DNA from: Thermodesulfobacteriota bacterium
GTDB taxonomy: Bacteria > Desulfobacterota > RBG-13-43-22
Assembly (NCBI GenBank): GCA_049520575.1
Contig: JBEKPQ010000002.1
Location: forward strand, 32,834-96,833
Length of the DNA: 64,000 nucleotides
Reading direction: 5' to 3'
Shown: positions 19,425-32,772 of the stretch, piece by piece
Layout of the letters: each line of letters starts with the position of its first letter
Numbering within the stretch: the first letter of the stretch is position 1
Position numbers and translations under genes: made by a program
Notes under the pieces: generated by a model
Told to the model about the DNA's origin: nothing
Databases searched by the model: none
The model's input: only the letters and a program-made list of their open reading frames with translations

Positions 19425-19978
19425 CTCATTTCAAGATGATCTCTGAGAGCTTGAGGTGGAAAGGATAGGTGTAGAAAAATCATTTCTTCTACCTTCAGGG
19501 TGTCTTGATATAAGGCTTCGATACGCTGTACGGCCTCTCGAGAACGCCCATAGGTCTCCACCAGATACGCAAAACGTTCTTCTAAATCGACCACTTCTTC
19601 GTGGCGGACCCGTTTATCGGCATAATGAACAAGGACCACCTCGTCCAGGCATCCATTTTGGAAATACTTGTCTTCCAGGAGGACATGCTGGGCCACGATT
19701 GGGGCCAACGAATCAAAACCCATGGCCCTGACCTTTTCTTCGCCAACCAAAGCATGATTGGCCCGTGTTTTAAGGCATTCGGTTTTAGCAATGTCATGGA
19801 GTAAGGCACCGGCATCAACCAGATCTAAATTCAATTTCGGGAAATGAACCATCAAATTTTTCCCAAGACAAAGGGCTATCCGGGCCACTTGTAGGCTGTG
19901 GGCTTTAATATTTGGGAGCATGCCTTCTTGATCCATCAGAGTCAGGCAAGTCTGGCGTGAGGGGATGAAATCGGCCAT
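19421..19978 (-). CDS. HD-domain (HDIG) phosphohydrolase
   Basis: NIKAHS, LLHDIAK, NHA and HYADKRV. Confidence 0.85.
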   Translation of the reverse strand: MADFIPSRQTCLTLMDQEGMLPNIKAHSLQVARIALCLGKNLMVHFPKLNLDLVDAGALLHDIAKTECLKTRANHALVGEEKVRAMGFDSLAPIVAQHVLLEDKYFQNGCLDEVVLVHYADKRVRHEEVVDLEERFAYLVETYGRSREAVQRIEALYQDTLKVEEMIFLHLSFPPQALRDHLEMS

Positions 19979-19981
19979 TTA

Positions 19982-21934
<1,953 letters not shown>

Positions 21935-22298
21935 AATATTTTTTTCTTATTATTTATTTTATTCTGTTAATCCTGTCAAAAAACTAATTGGTTATTGAGA
22001 TTTTAATAATGGAAGGGATTTTTATCAACCTAAATCTTCACCATTTGAAAATCCTTTGATTCCCAATTAAATGACACCCAATGAATAAAATAAGAGTATC
22101 TGGTTTTCCTTTTGAAGAACAACCTTGGAAAGGTGAAAAACATAATATTTGACTTGACAATAAGCAGGGCTTTAATGCAGCATACTTGTAAGATTTAATG
22201 GTAGACCTCATAAGGCACGTCCCCGCTAAATCAATCCAAGGGGTTAATTCATTAAAGTATAACCCTATCTTTTAAATACTTAGGAGGAACTGATAAAT

Positions 22299-23498
22299 AT
22301 GGTTAAACCTGCAGGAAATCGAATGATACAAATTAACAATGGAATAATCGGACCGCGCGAACCCCGAAGAAAGACGGTCAAAGTCAAGAAGACCAGTGAC
22401 TATCCGGAGGTGTCCAAGGCCCACCTTGAGGTTGCGGAACTATATGCCGACCGTAAGATGGCCGGAGGCGTTCCGATCTGTGACGAATCCATTGCCTTGA
22501 TGCTGCATTTATTCACGGAAGAAGAGGCCTCAATCATGAGGCACTTGAAACCAGGGGCAAAAGAAACGGCCAAATCATTGGCCGAGGCCGAGAACCGGCC
22601 GGTTGAAGAAATAAAAAAAATTCTGTACAGCCTGGCCGAGGAGAAACATATCATTGTCAGTATCGGTTCGGGAGAAGAAAAAATTTACATGGCCATTCCC
22701 TTACTTCCGGGTGTTTTTGAGTTTGTCTTATTCAGATCTTCAATGGACACCCTTACGGATTGGCATCGCCGTTTCTGCGAGTTGTTCGAAAAACTCTATG
22801 AGACCGGCTATTCCGTAGACGTTGTGAGCAAGGCCCCTCCGGCCATTAAATATTTGCCTATCGGCCAGGTGATTGAATCCAACTCCATGGCTTTTCCGTC
22901 GGATAAACTTGAGGAGGTTTTCTCCCGGTATAAGACCTTTGGCGTAACCCTTTGTCAGTGCCGCATAGCGGAAAAAGTGGTTGGCCGCGGTTGTGAAAGA
23001 CCCATGGAGGTATGCATGTCCATGGGACCTATAGCCGAAGCGGCCATCCGATCAGGCCGATTACGCCCTATCGAACTGAAGGAGGCCCTGGAGATCAAGG
23101 CCGAGGCCGAAGCCAATGGATTGGTCACCTGGATTGACAACAGGGATCCGAAATTGGGTGGGACCTCTTGTTCCTGCTGCGGGTGCTGTTGTCACTTTAT
23201 GAGAAGGATATCCGAGTTTAATATGCCGGGAAGGATTGCCCCTCCGCACTTCATGCCCAAGGTCGATTTTGATCAGTGTAATTTTTGCGGCAAATGCGCC
23301 CTGGCCTGTCCGATGGGGGCTATCACGGTGGATATCGTAAATAATAAGCATGTCCACGACCCCAATCGCTGTATCGGCTGTGCCCAATGTGCTGTGGCCT
23401 GTAGTAAACTCAAAGCCATCGAGATGCAAGCCGTTCCGGACTACCAGGAATTTATTCAGAACAGTACCAGATCGTTACTGAGTTCCTCCGGGGATTAA
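22299..23498 (+). CDS. 4Fe-4S dicluster domain protein
   Basis: CQCR, CSCCGCCC, CNFCGKCALACP and CIGCAQCAVAC. Confidence 0.85.
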   Translation: MVKPAGNRMIQINNGIIGPREPRRKTVKVKKTSDYPEVSKAHLEVAELYADRKMAGGVPICDESIALMLHLFTEEEASIMRHLKPGAKETAKSLAEAENRPVEEIKKILYSLAEEKHIIVSIGSGEEKIYMAIPLLPGVFEFVLFRSSMDTLTDWHRRFCELFEKLYETGYSVDVVSKAPPAIKYLPIGQVIESNSMAFPSDKLEEVFSRYKTFGVTLCQCRIAEKVVGRGCERPMEVCMSMGPIAEAAIRSGRLRPIELKEALEIKAEAEANGLVTWIDNRDPKLGGTSCSCCGCCCHFMRRISEFNMPGRIAPPHFMPKVDFDQCNFCGKCALACPMGAITVDIVNNKHVHDPNRCIGCAQCAVACSKLKAIEMQAVPDYQEFIQNSTRSLLSSSGD

Positions 23499-23542
23499 AA
23501 TCAAACCAGGCGTTAACAGGCCTAAGGCCTTAGGAAAACATT

Positions 23543-23887
23543 ATGCATGAAATGTCCCTGGTCCAGAATATCATCGACATTGTTGAACAGGAGATGGCTC
23601 GTCACGGTGTGGAGAAACTTAAGGCCATCCATCTGGCCGTCGGAAGGATGTCCGCCGTCGTCCCGGAGCAACTGACTTTGTGCTTTGAGATTTTGACCAG
23701 CAAGACAAATCTGGCCGGTACTGCTCTCAATATAAAAATGGTGCCGGTGACTTATCAATGCCGAGATTGTCATCAGGAATTTACTTCGGAAGGGTTTACT
23801 TACAAATGCCCTTCCTGTAATGGAGAAAATGCGGAACTGATATTCGGTCGGGAATTGAAGATAGAATGCATCGAGGTCATGGATTAG
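23543..23887 (+). CDS. hypA: Hydrogenase maturation nickel metallochaperone
   Basis: MHEMSL, CRDC and CPSC, GRELKI. Confidence 0.93.
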   Translation: MHEMSLVQNIIDIVEQEMARHGVEKLKAIHLAVGRMSAVVPEQLTLCFEILTSKTNLAGTALNIKMVPVTYQCRDCHQEFTSEGFTYKCPSCNGENAELIFGRELKIECIEVMD

Positions 23888-24012
23888 CAGGTTGCTGAAA
23901 AAGGTCCATCTACTACGTTGCCCTCATTCCTCGTCATTGCAACGTACTTTTGTGTACGTCTCATTCCTCGGAATTTCGGGCGTCTTGTATCTAAACCTTT
24001 TTGAGCAACCTG
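23888..24012. repeat. GTAC-hairpin MITE-like element, copy 2
   Basis: Terminal IR CAGGTTGCT-AAAAAGG / CCTTTTT-AGCAACCTG; core homologous to the reverse complement of 2346-2472. Confidence 0.82.
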
Positions 24013-24077
24013 TAATTAAGTCTTTTCCAACATCCTATTAAAAAGTGTTCCCCCCAATTTTTTCAAATTAGGAGGTA

Positions 24078-24746
24078 ATGATGAAAATACCCGTGGTACG
24101 TAATGTTTTGGAAGTCAATGACCGGATCGCCGATCAGAATCGGGAGATATTCGACCGGAACAACTTGTTTGTGATCAACCTCATGTCCAGTCCAGGGGCC
24201 GGCAAGACAAGCCTCTTGGAAAAAACCATAGAACGATTAAAAGACCGTCTGCCTATGGGGGTGATCGAAGGGGATATCCAGTGCAGTTTTGATGCCGAAC
24301 GGATCGCCAAAAAAGGGATTCAGGCCATACAGATCAACACCGACGGGGCCTGTCACCTGGATGGAAATATGATCCGGGAGGCAATGAATCAGCTTGATTT
24401 ATCTGCCCTGGATCTGCTCATCGTGGAGAATGTGGGCAACCTGGTCTGCCCTGCTGAATTCAAGGTGGGGGAGAATATGAAAGCCATGCTTTTATCCGTC
24501 ACCGAAGGGGATGACAAGCCATTAAAATATCCCCTGATGTTTCAGGAAAGCCGGGTTCTTATTATCAATAAGATCGATCTGCTTCCTTATGTCGATTGCA
24601 ACGTTGATAAAATCAAGGAAGCAGTGTCCCAGCTGAATCGGGATATGATCATTTTTGAAGTGTCCTGCAAGACCGGTGAAGGGATTGAAGCCTGGACGAA
24701 CTGGCTGGAAGAGCAGGTCCATCGATCAAAAATTGCCAAAGGTTGA
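24078..24746 (+). CDS. hypB: Hydrogenase nickel incorporation GTPase
   Basis: SSPGAGKTSLLE, GACHLD, ENVGNLVCPAEF, DKPLKYP and NKIDLL. Confidence 0.95.
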   Translation: MMKIPVVRNVLEVNDRIADQNREIFDRNNLFVINLMSSPGAGKTSLLEKTIERLKDRLPMGVIEGDIQCSFDAERIAKKGIQAIQINTDGACHLDGNMIREAMNQLDLSALDLLIVENVGNLVCPAEFKVGENMKAMLLSVTEGDDKPLKYPLMFQESRVLIINKIDLLPYVDCNVDKIKEAVSQLNRDMIIFEVSCKTGEGIEAWTNWLEEQVHRSKIAKG

Positions 24747-24802
24747 GGTGGACACTGGCGTTTGAAGACGTGATTGACTGATATTCATTTTCAATCAGGA
24801 GG

Positions 24803-25618
24803 TTGATTATGACACTGGTGAAATTAAACCAGGTTAATCTGAATTATAAAGTGGTTGGAAAAGGAGAAGCGGTGATCTTCCTTCACGGCTTCACGGGCAG
24901 CGGGATGGACTGGTCTAACCAGATGAAGGTTGTAAAAAACAAATACCGGGGGATTGCCCTGGACTTCAGAGGCCACGGCAAGTCGGAAGCCCCGACTAAA
25001 GAAAAGGACTATTCGATTTATCTCAACGGTGAAGATGTTTATCGGTTGTTAAATCATCTTGGCATCGGACGCTGCTGCCTGGTGGGGCATTCCATGGGAG
25101 GTTTCACTGCTTTGCAGTTCGCCCTGGATCATCCTGAGATGGTCAGGGGATTGGTGCTGGTCGATACCTCCAGCGGCGAATGGGATATCATCCCCGGATA
25201 TGCGGAATTAAGGGCCAAGCTTGACGAACTGGCCAGGACGAAGGGACTTGAGGCCGCCTTTGCCTATGACGCCGCCAACAACCCTATTCGAATCCAAAGA
25301 TTTCAAAAACAACCCGAACAGCGGGAAATAGCCCGGCAGAAAACCATCAACACCTCCGTGTATGGCTACATATACGTTCCAAGGTCTTTTGGGAAATGGA
25401 AGCCGGTTACCCAGAGGCTGGGTGAAATCAAGGTGCCGACCATCATTTTCCGTGGAGAGGAGGACTTGGGCTTCGTACGGGCATCCAATATCTTGAAGGA
25501 ATCCATCAAAGGGGCTGAACTGGTTGTCGTACCGGAAGCCTATCACAATCCCCATGAAGAATCTCCTGCCTTCTTCAATGAAATCTTCTTGAAATTTCTA
25601 TCTGCAATAAAGTGGTAG
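24803..25618 (+). CDS. Alpha/beta hydrolase
   Basis: LHGFTG, DFRGHGKS, GHSMGG nucleophile elbow and C-terminal HNPH. Confidence 0.9.
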   Translation: MIMTLVKLNQVNLNYKVVGKGEAVIFLHGFTGSGMDWSNQMKVVKNKYRGIALDFRGHGKSEAPTKEKDYSIYLNGEDVYRLLNHLGIGRCCLVGHSMGGFTALQFALDHPEMVRGLVLVDTSSGEWDIIPGYAELRAKLDELARTKGLEAAFAYDAANNPIRIQRFQKQPEQREIARQKTINTSVYGYIYVPRSFGKWKPVTQRLGEIKVPTIIFRGEEDLGFVRASNILKESIKGAELVVVPEAYHNPHEESPAFFNEIFLKFLSAIKW

Positions 25619-25671
25619 TTGTTCTTTTTGAATGGCTTTAATCGAAGAGCAGCAATGAAAACAGGAATCGA

Positions 25672-25695
25672 AGCGGGGCTGATATCGGCCCCGCT
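25672..25695. terminator. GC-rich hairpin between convergent genes
   Basis: AGCGGGGC-tgatatcg-GCCCCGCT; weak U-tracts. Confidence 0.5.
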
Positions 25696-25706
25696 CCGAC
25701 TTTGTT

Positions 25707-27791
25707 TTATCTCTTAAAATCTTTGAAACCTTTACCCTCCTTGGCCAATTTTTCCAAAAGGGCCGACGGCTTCCAAACGTCGCCTTCCTTCTTCTGGAAT
25801 TCGACCATCTTGTCGTAGATCTTTTTGACCCCCACCAGATCGGCATAGAACATGGGCCCCCCGCGATAGATGGGCCAGCCGTATCCGTAAATCCAGATGA
25901 CATCAATATCACTGGGCCGGATGGCGATCCCCTCTTCCAGAATCTTGGCCCCTTCATTGATCATGGGATACAGACTCTTTTCCAGGATCTCTTCATCGGA
26001 AATCGCTCGTTGGGTGAAATTGTGCTCGGCCGCAAAGTCTTTGATCATTTTTTCCACGACCGGTGAGGGAATCGGGGTCCTGTTACCCGGCTGGTAATCA
26101 TAGAAACCGGCATTGGTCTTTTGACCCAGTCGTCCGGCCTCACAGAGACGTTCTCGAAGGGTGGCCCCCTTGGAGGCGGCCTTGTTCCAGCCGATATCCA
26201 GCCCGGCCATATCGCTCATGGTGAATGGTCCCATGGGGAATCCAAAATCGAAGATCACCTTATCGATCTGTTGAGGCGAACCCGATTCCAAGATCATTTT
26301 ATTGGATTCGCGGGAGCGTTGAGCAAGCATACGGTTACCCACGAACCCTTGGCAGACTCCGACAAGAACGGCTATTTTTTGTATCCTTTTTCCAAAGGCC
26401 ATCGAGCTGGCAATGACATTCTTGGCCGTCTTGGCTCCGCGCACAACCTCCAGAAGCCGCATGACATTGGCCGGGCTGAAGAAATGTAATCCGATAACGC
26501 TCTCCGGCCGCTTGGTCGCCGAAGCGATTTCATCAATATTCAAGCCCGAGGTGTTGGATGCCAGAATGGCCCCCGGCTTGCAGATCTTGTCGAGTTTGGC
26601 AAAGGTCTCTTTTTTGAGATCCATATTTTCGTATACGGCCTCGATCACCAAGTCGACATCCTTAAGGTCATCCAGGGACAGAGTACCCTTGATGAGCGAC
26701 AGGCGCTTTTCCACGTCCTCCTTGGTGATCCGTCCTTTGGCCGCTGTGTTTTCGTAGTTCTTTCGGCAAATGCTCAAACCCTTGTCCAGCAACTGCTGGT
26801 TGACTTCCATAATGATGACCGGTATCCCTACATTGGCACAACTCATGGCAATACCGCCGCCCATGGTTCCCGCTCCCACGATACCGATCTTGTTGATGGG
26901 TATCTGCGGGGTGTCGGCCGGCACATCGGGTATCTTGGCCACTTCTCTTTCGGCAAAGAAGGCATAACGCTGGGCCGCAGACTGTGAACCCATCATTAAT
27001 TTGGTGAAAAGTTCTCTCTCTTTTTTCAGCCCTTCTTCAATGGGAAGGTTTACTGCGGCTTCTAGGGCATCGATACAGGCCTGAGGCGCCTCGAATCCCC
27101 GCTTGGACCGGGCAAAGGCCTTGCGGGCCTCGGCAAAAATCTCCGGTTTGCCTTTGGCCGCTTCAACTTTTTCCCGCCGGTCGCGGATTTTTTTCAAAGG
27201 ACGCCCTTCCGCCAGGACTTTTTTGGCAAAGGCAACGGCTCCGGTCAGGAGATCTCCCTCGATAATCGCATCAATCAAGCCCTCCTTAAGGGCCTCCTGG
27301 GCGCTGATCTGATTGCCGGTGGCAATCATCTGAATGGCCTTTTCAGCCCCGACGACCAGGGGTAATCTCTGCGTTCCGCCCGCCCCGGGTAATAACCCGA
27401 GAAGGACTTCAGGCAGACCAAATCTGGCTGAAGGCACGGCTACCCGAAAATGACAGACCAAACAGGTCTCTAAACCGCCGCCCAAGGCAGTGCCATGAAT
27501 GGCGGCAATAACCGGCTTCTTGCCGTTTTCAATCAAAGCGAAGGGAACCTCCAGGCCGGGTTCCTTAGGTGGCTTCCCGAACTCTGTGATATCCGCTCCA
27601 GCGATAAAGGTCCGTCCCGCACAGGCGATCACCACAGCCTTGACTGAATCATCTTCCATAGCCGCCTTGACACCGTCGGCCATGCCTTTACGTACCCCTA
27701 CACTGAGGGCATTGACAGGTGGATTGTTGATCATGAGAACGGCAATCTCACCCTGTTTCTCCAGATCAACCACCTCGGTAATTTTGGTCAT
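25707..27791 (-). CDS. Bifunctional enoyl-CoA hydratase / 3-hydroxyacyl-CoA dehydrogenase
   Basis: [48 protein letters not shown] and GFVGNR. Confidence 0.92.
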   Translation of the reverse strand: MTKITEVVDLEKQGEIAVLMINNPPVNALSVGVRKGMADGVKAAMEDDSVKAVVIACAGRTFIAGADITEFGKPPKEPGLEVPFALIENGKKPVIAAIHGTALGGGLETCLVCHFRVAVPSARFGLPEVLLGLLPGAGGTQRLPLVVGAEKAIQMIATGNQISAQEALKEGLIDAIIEGDLLTGAVAFAKKVLAEGRPLKKIRDRREKVEAAKGKPEIFAEARKAFARSKRGFEAPQACIDALEAAVNLPIEEGLKKERELFTKLMMGSQSAAQRYAFFAEREVAKIPDVPADTPQIPINKIGIVGAGTMGGGIAMSCANVGIPVIIMEVNQQLLDKGLSICRKNYENTAAKGRITKEDVEKRLSLIKGTLSLDDLKDVDLVIEAVYENMDLKKETFAKLDKICKPGAILASNTSGLNIDEIASATKRPESVIGLHFFSPANVMRLLEVVRGAKTAKNVIASSMAFGKRIQKIAVLVGVCQGFVGNRMLAQRSRESNKMILESGSPQQIDKVIFDFGFPMGPFTMSDMAGLDIGWNKAASKGATLRERLCEAGRLGQKTNAGFYDYQPGNRTPIPSPVVEKMIKDFAAEHNFTQRAISDEEILEKSLYPMINEGAKILEEGIAIRPSDIDVIWIYGYGWPIYRGGPMFYADLVGVKKIYDKMVEFQKKEGDVWKPSALLEKLAKEGKGFKDFKR

Positions 27792-28380
27792 TTTTTTCCT
27801 CCTTTTCGATCAGATTTCAACTGGGTCATAATTATCAAAAGTGAATAAAGTGTCAAGGCAATAATGAAAGCTTTTTTAGGTTAACGCCTTTTTAGACCAA
27901 ACCGGTTTGATTGCCATTTTCTCTTCAACCTGCCGCCTGGCCACGAGATCGAAGCTCATGGCTGAAAGTTCTAAGGGAGTTTAAAGTATGGTGTTTGGAG
28001 TTCGAAGTTAAAATTTGGGGATAGAATCAGGAGCTCAAAGCTCGGCCCCATTAAACCCTTTCTGAAAGAAGGTAAGAAAAAATTTCTTCTTGATCTTTTA
28101 AAATGATTTGGACTGGAGATTCGAAATTAATCCATTTTATTGAAATTTCTTTTTCGGAAAAATTGATATATGATATAATTGAGATGATCAATCAGGTTTT
28201 TGCGGGAGATTTTTTTGGTATGCTTGAATCCTTTTTCAAGTTCTCCTTCGATCAATAATTGGCCCAGTTCAAATAAATTCTTATAGGTCAGGTCTCGACC
28301 CCCAGATTCTTTTTCTTTCGATAGATTAGGGGCCTGGATGGCCATGCTCATTTCTTGACTGAAAGATTTGAAGATTCCTT

Positions 28381-29571
28381 TTAATCCGCCCCTTTTCGGA
28401 TAAAAGTCGGGACTTCCAGTTCTTCTTCATCGAAGTAGTATTCCGGAGCCTTGGCCGGCCTTTTGGGCCCGTATTTGTCGATCTCTTTTCCCTTGCGAAC
28501 AAAGGTCGGGGTTTCCCGATCTTCCGATCGATCCGGTTTTATCTCCGACAAGCCGGGCCGTATCCGGTCAAAGTCGATAACAACCCTTTCTTCCTTGGGA
28601 TTGATCCCAGTGGCCACAACGGTAACCCGGAGTTCGTCTCCCATACTTTCATCAATGGCCGTCCCCCAAATAATATTGGCCTCTTCATGCACTTCCTTCT
28701 GAATCAAGGTGGAAGCTTCAATGACCTCTTCAAAACCGAGGTTTGAACTGGCGGTAATATTCAATAATAAAGCCTTGGCCCCGGTGATGGAGATATCCTC
28801 TAATAAAGGACTCGAAATGGCCCGTTGAGCCGCCTCCAGGGCCCGATTCTCACCGCTGGCGATACCGGTTCCCATGAGAGCCACACCCATTTCAGCCATG
28901 ATCGTCTTAACATCAGCGAAATCAAGAACAATCAAGCCTGGAGCCACGATTAAGTCGGAAATACCTTTAACGGCATAGAGTAAAACATCATCGGCCTTTT
29001 TAAGCATTTCCAAAAAGCTGGCCTTCTTGGTGGCCAGAGAAATAAGACGATCATTGGGAATAGTGATCAGGCTGTCCACGACCTTCCGCATTTCAATGAT
29101 TCCTTCGTTGGCCTGTTTTTGACGTATCGGCCCTTCAAAATGAAAGGGTTTGGTAACCACGGCTACGGTCAGGATATCCAACTCTTTACAGATCTGGGCT
29201 ACAATCGGGGCACCGCCTGTTCCGGTTCCTCCCCCCATCCCGGCCGTGATAAAAACCATGTCGCTGCCTTCCAATTCCTGACGGATTTTTTCGGCATCTT
29301 CCAAGGTTGCGTTTCTGCCGATTTCCGGAACGCCCCCGGCCCCCAACCCCTTGGTCAAGACGGTCCCGAGTTGGATGCGGGTATCGGCCAATGAAGAAGT
29401 GAGGGCCTTTAGATCCGTATTGGCAGCGATAAACTCCACTCCTGTTAGGAGTTGGGACCTGATCATATTATTGATGGCATTATTCCCCCCTCCTCCAATC
29501 CCGACCACTCGGATTTTAGCCCCTTTTTGGATTTCTTCTTCCACTCCGATCATTTCAATATTCATCATCAT
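28381..29571 (-). CDS. ftsZ: Cell division protein FtsZ
   Basis: [23 protein letters not shown] and C-terminal VPTFIRK. Confidence 0.97.
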   Translation of the reverse strand: MMMNIEMIGVEEEIQKGAKIRVVGIGGGGNNAINNMIRSQLLTGVEFIAANTDLKALTSSLADTRIQLGTVLTKGLGAGGVPEIGRNATLEDAEKIRQELEGSDMVFITAGMGGGTGTGGAPIVAQICKELDILTVAVVTKPFHFEGPIRQKQANEGIIEMRKVVDSLITIPNDRLISLATKKASFLEMLKKADDVLLYAVKGISDLIVAPGLIVLDFADVKTIMAEMGVALMGTGIASGENRALEAAQRAISSPLLEDISITGAKALLLNITASSNLGFEEVIEASTLIQKEVHEEANIIWGTAIDESMGDELRVTVVATGINPKEERVVIDFDRIRPGLSEIKPDRSEDRETPTFVRKGKEIDKYGPKRPAKAPEYYFDEEELEVPTFIRKGAD

Positions 29572-29607
29572 TTACCTCCCCTTTTAATATGATCTGTCTG
29601 CCTATGA

Positions 29608-30834
29608 CTAAAAAATTTTCATATCCATAAACCATTTTTTCATTCGTTCCATAACCCGATAGAAAATCTGTTGATCGCGGATCCTAAATTTCTTTTTGGG
29701 CATCGCTTTGGCCCCGTAAAGGACCAAACCCACAGCAGTGGCATACATCGGGCTGTTGACCACATCCATTATGCCTCCAAAACCCTGGGGATAGCCCCGC
29801 CGGCTCGGAAGGTTAAAAATCTGCTCCGCCAGTTCCGGAATCCCTTCCAATAGGGATGCTCCTCCGGTGATCACCACACCGGAGGCAAGGATGTCCCCAA
29901 AACCCGATTTCAGGATTTCCCGATTGACCAGAGAAAAAATTTCTTCAACCCTCGGTTCCAGAATTTCTCCCAAAATTTGGCGGGATAGGGGCCGAGGTTT
30001 TCTTCCCCCGACACTCGATACCTCGATGGTTTCATCTTTATTGATCATGGAAGTCAAACAACAGCCATGAATTTTTTTGATCCGTTCCGCTGCCTGGTGC
30101 GGAGTTCTGAGACCAATGGCGATATCATTGGTTAAATTGTTTCCACCCAAGCCCAGAATCGAGGTATGTTTGATGCAGCCATTGGAAAAAATGGCCAAAT
30201 CGGTGGTGCCTCCTCCAAAGTCGACCAGGGCCACCCCGAGTTCTTTTTCTTCAGAAGAAAGCACCGTTTCGCTTGACGCAATCGATTCTAAAACAATATC
30301 CGAGACATCCAATCCAGCCTTGTTTGCACAGCGAATAATATTCTGGGCCGAGGTGACCGCCCCGGTTATGATATGGACCTTGACTTCCAATCGGACACCG
30401 GAAATGCCCAGGGGATCTTGGATTCCATCCTGATCATCAACGATAAACTCCTGGGGAAGCACATGAATAACTTCCCGATCCAAAGGGATGGCTATGGCCT
30501 TGGCGGCATCAATGACCCTTTCAATGTCAGTTTTAGTGACTTCCCGGGTTTTTACGGCAATAACCCCATGGCTGTTGAAGGCTTTGATATGCCCCCCGGC
30601 AATACCGGCATAAACCGACCTGATTTCACAGCCGGCCATAAGTTCCGCCTCTTCCACCGCCTTTTTGATGGAGTTAACCGTACTTTCAATATTGACCACT
30701 ACCCCTTTGCGTAAACCCACCGAGGGATGGGTCCCGATACCCACGATATCAATACCACCCGAAGAGATTTCACCAACTACCGCACAGATCTTGGTGGTTC
30801 CGATATCCAATCCTACGATCAGATGATCTTCCAA
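29608..30834 (-). CDS. ftsA: Cell division protein FtsA
   Basis: GLDIGTTKI, GLRKGVVVNIE, DFGGGTTD and YATAVGL. Confidence 0.97.
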   Translation of the reverse strand: MEDHLIVGLDIGTTKICAVVGEISSGGIDIVGIGTHPSVGLRKGVVVNIESTVNSIKKAVEEAELMAGCEIRSVYAGIAGGHIKAFNSHGVIAVKTREVTKTDIERVIDAAKAIAIPLDREVIHVLPQEFIVDDQDGIQDPLGISGVRLEVKVHIITGAVTSAQNIIRCANKAGLDVSDIVLESIASSETVLSSEEKELGVALVDFGGGTTDLAIFSNGCIKHTSILGLGGNNLTNDIAIGLRTPHQAAERIKKIHGCCLTSMINKDETIEVSSVGGRKPRPLSRQILGEILEPRVEEIFSLVNREILKSGFGDILASGVVITGGASLLEGIPELAEQIFNLPSRRGYPQGFGGIMDVVNSPMYATAVGLVLYGAKAMPKKKFRIRDQQIFYRVMERMKKWFMDMKIF

Positions 30835-30912
30835 TCGAGACGCACCCCCTTTCTTTTTCTCTGGTTTTTAGTATTCTTTTCTACCTCGGACATTGCTCTT
30901 CGCCTTCTATTC

Positions 30913-31779
30913 TCAGACTCCCTTGAAGGATTTAGACCTAAGGCCATGAACAATAATCCGCTGGCCGAATTGGAGGGAAATCCCATTCAAAAGGACCTGG
31001 TTGGGCCGTTTCTCAAGCTCGGCCCAAACCCTTTCCAGACGCTTGATCCGCACCGGGATTTCTTCTTTCCCTAGGGTGATCCGGATTCCTCTTTCCAAGG
31101 TGAATAAAGAAAAACCACAATCAGGATCGTAATGAATTTCCGAAAGTTTATTGGGATAAAATGGATCTGCCCCTTGACTCAAATACCTTTGAAGCAATAC
31201 CAGTTCTTGAAGGATAGGGGACTTAAGTTGTCTCGCCGGAGTCCAATCGTTTTCCCCCAGGCCGGTTAAGAGCGGAAGAGAGGCTCCTTCTTTCATCTCG
31301 CATTTTTTAAAAAGGAGACCCTCTTCATTTAAATAAAAAAGATCTTGTTGGACCGGAACCAGAAATTTCGCTTGATGTTCGGTAACCACCACCTGGAGTT
31401 TGTTGGGAAGTTCCCGTCGGAGATAAATACTTTTTACCCAGGGGATGGACTCCATATTTTTTTTAACCTCACTCAAATTCAAAGCCAGTAGATTGGCCCT
31501 GTTTTCTAGACCCCCTTTTTGAAGCAATTCGGTTTGAGAAACATGTTTTATCCCCTTAAAACCGACATCTTCCAATTTAAAAATCGGAGTGGACAAGGCG
31601 GCCAGATACCCGATCAACAAGACAATGCTTACCCCGACAATAATCATCATAATCAATGAACCAACCCAGAAATGATGCATCAGCTTTTCCGTCCAGGAAA
31701 ACCCGGAGTCCACTTCCACTAACGACCCTCGATAATAATTGCGACCTATAGTTCCCAACCTGGTTTTTCCTATATACAT
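30913..31779 (-). CDS. ftsQ: Cell division protein FtsQ/DivIB
   Basis: Single TM, POTRA (IPWVKSIYLRRELPNKL), position in dcw, RBS AAGGAG. Confidence 0.85.
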   Translation of the reverse strand: MYIGKTRLGTIGRNYYRGSLVEVDSGFSWTEKLMHHFWVGSLIMMIIVGVSIVLLIGYLAALSTPIFKLEDVGFKGIKHVSQTELLQKGGLENRANLLALNLSEVKKNMESIPWVKSIYLRRELPNKLQVVVTEHQAKFLVPVQQDLFYLNEEGLLFKKCEMKEGASLPLLTGLGENDWTPARQLKSPILQELVLLQRYLSQGADPFYPNKLSEIHYDPDCGFSLFTLERGIRITLGKEEIPVRIKRLERVWAELEKRPNQVLLNGISLQFGQRIIVHGLRSKSFKGV

Positions 31780-31833
31780 GATGATTTCTCCTTAGTCCCA
31801 ACAAGAGATATTTGATAAATTGGATCCAGAATT

Positions 31834-32772
31834 CTATTCATCTTTCAAACTACAACCCCACAATCGCACCTCGGGTTCGAGGAGGATCCCGAATTGTTTC
31901 CTGACCCGGGTCCGTATCAGGTTCATTAAATACAAAACATCCTTAGCCCGGGCTTCGCCCTGATTAACAATAAAATTAGCATGTCGATTTGATATCTGTG
32001 CCCCGCCCCTTCCGACCCCTTTGAGGCCGGCTTTTTCAATCAGCCGTCCGGCATAGTCTCCCGGAGGATTTTTAAAAACCGATCCGCAGCTCGGTCGGTC
32101 GAAAGGTTGGGCGGCTTTACGCAGTGCCCAAAGCCTCCGGGTTTCTTTTTGAATACTTTCCGCATCCCCTGAAGACAGCTTGATGCCTCCTGAAATGATG
32201 ATTTCTCCCGGTTCCAACTTTAAAGTTCGATAGCCGAAGCAAAGCTGTTTTTCTCCTTTCCGAATCAGCCGTCCTTCAGAAGAAACCATTTTCAAGTAGG
32301 CGGTTATGTCTTTTATTTCCTGGCCGTAGCTTCCGGCATTCATGGCCCAGGCTCCTCCGACCGATCCCGGGATACCGACTAAGAACTCAAGACCTCTAAA
32401 CTGGTTTTTTATCCCGAACCCAACCAGTCTTGAGAGGGGAAATCCGGCCTCCACTTCCATAAGGATTCGACCGTCTTTAAAACGTTTAACGGGTTTTGGC
32501 ATCCCGGGAGACGAACACTGAATAACTATTCCCCGCACTCCTCGGTCGGATACCAGCAAATTGCTTCCCTGTCCTAGGACAAACCAGAGGATATTTTGCG
32601 TCTTCGCTACCTCCAAAAGCTTTTTTATCTCCGACATAGTTTGGGGTTGTATAAACCAATCCGCCCTTCCACCTATCTGAATTGTGGTATAAGGACCCAA
32701 TCGTTCCCTCTGTTTAACCCGTCCAGGGCAAATCTTGTCCAAGAGCTTTTTAAGACCCTGTGGTCGATACAA
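31834..32772 (-). CDS. murB: UDP-N-acetylmuramate dehydrogenase
   Basis: IGGRAD, GQGSNLLV, GIPGSVGGA..MNAG and SCGSVFKNP. Confidence 0.95.
   Translation of the reverse strand: MYRPQGLKKLLDKICPGRVKQRERLGPYTTIQIGGRADWFIQPQTMSEIKKLLEVAKTQNILWFVLGQGSNLLVSDRGVRGIVIQCSSPGMPKPVKRFKDGRILMEVEAGFPLSRLVGFGIKNQFRGLEFLVGIPGSVGGAWAMNAGSYGQEIKDITAYLKMVSSEGRLIRKGEKQLCFGYRTLKLEPGEIIISGGIKLSSGDAESIQKETRRLWALRKAAQPFDRPSCGSVFKNPPGDYAGRLIEKAGLKGVGRGGAQISNRHANFIVNQGEARAKDVLYLMNLIRTRVRKQFGILLEPEVRLWGCSLKDE

Noticed and set aside
28127-28351. 74-aa AT-rich ORF downstream of ftsZ, and a 27-codon ORF near 27875-27958
   Set aside because: No recognisable motif, and the region is rich in repeat fragments; cannot be supported as genes.
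31780-31833. No ddl gene between murB and ftsQ
   Set aside because: ddl is often located outside the dcw cluster; no remnant is visible and it is not unusual.
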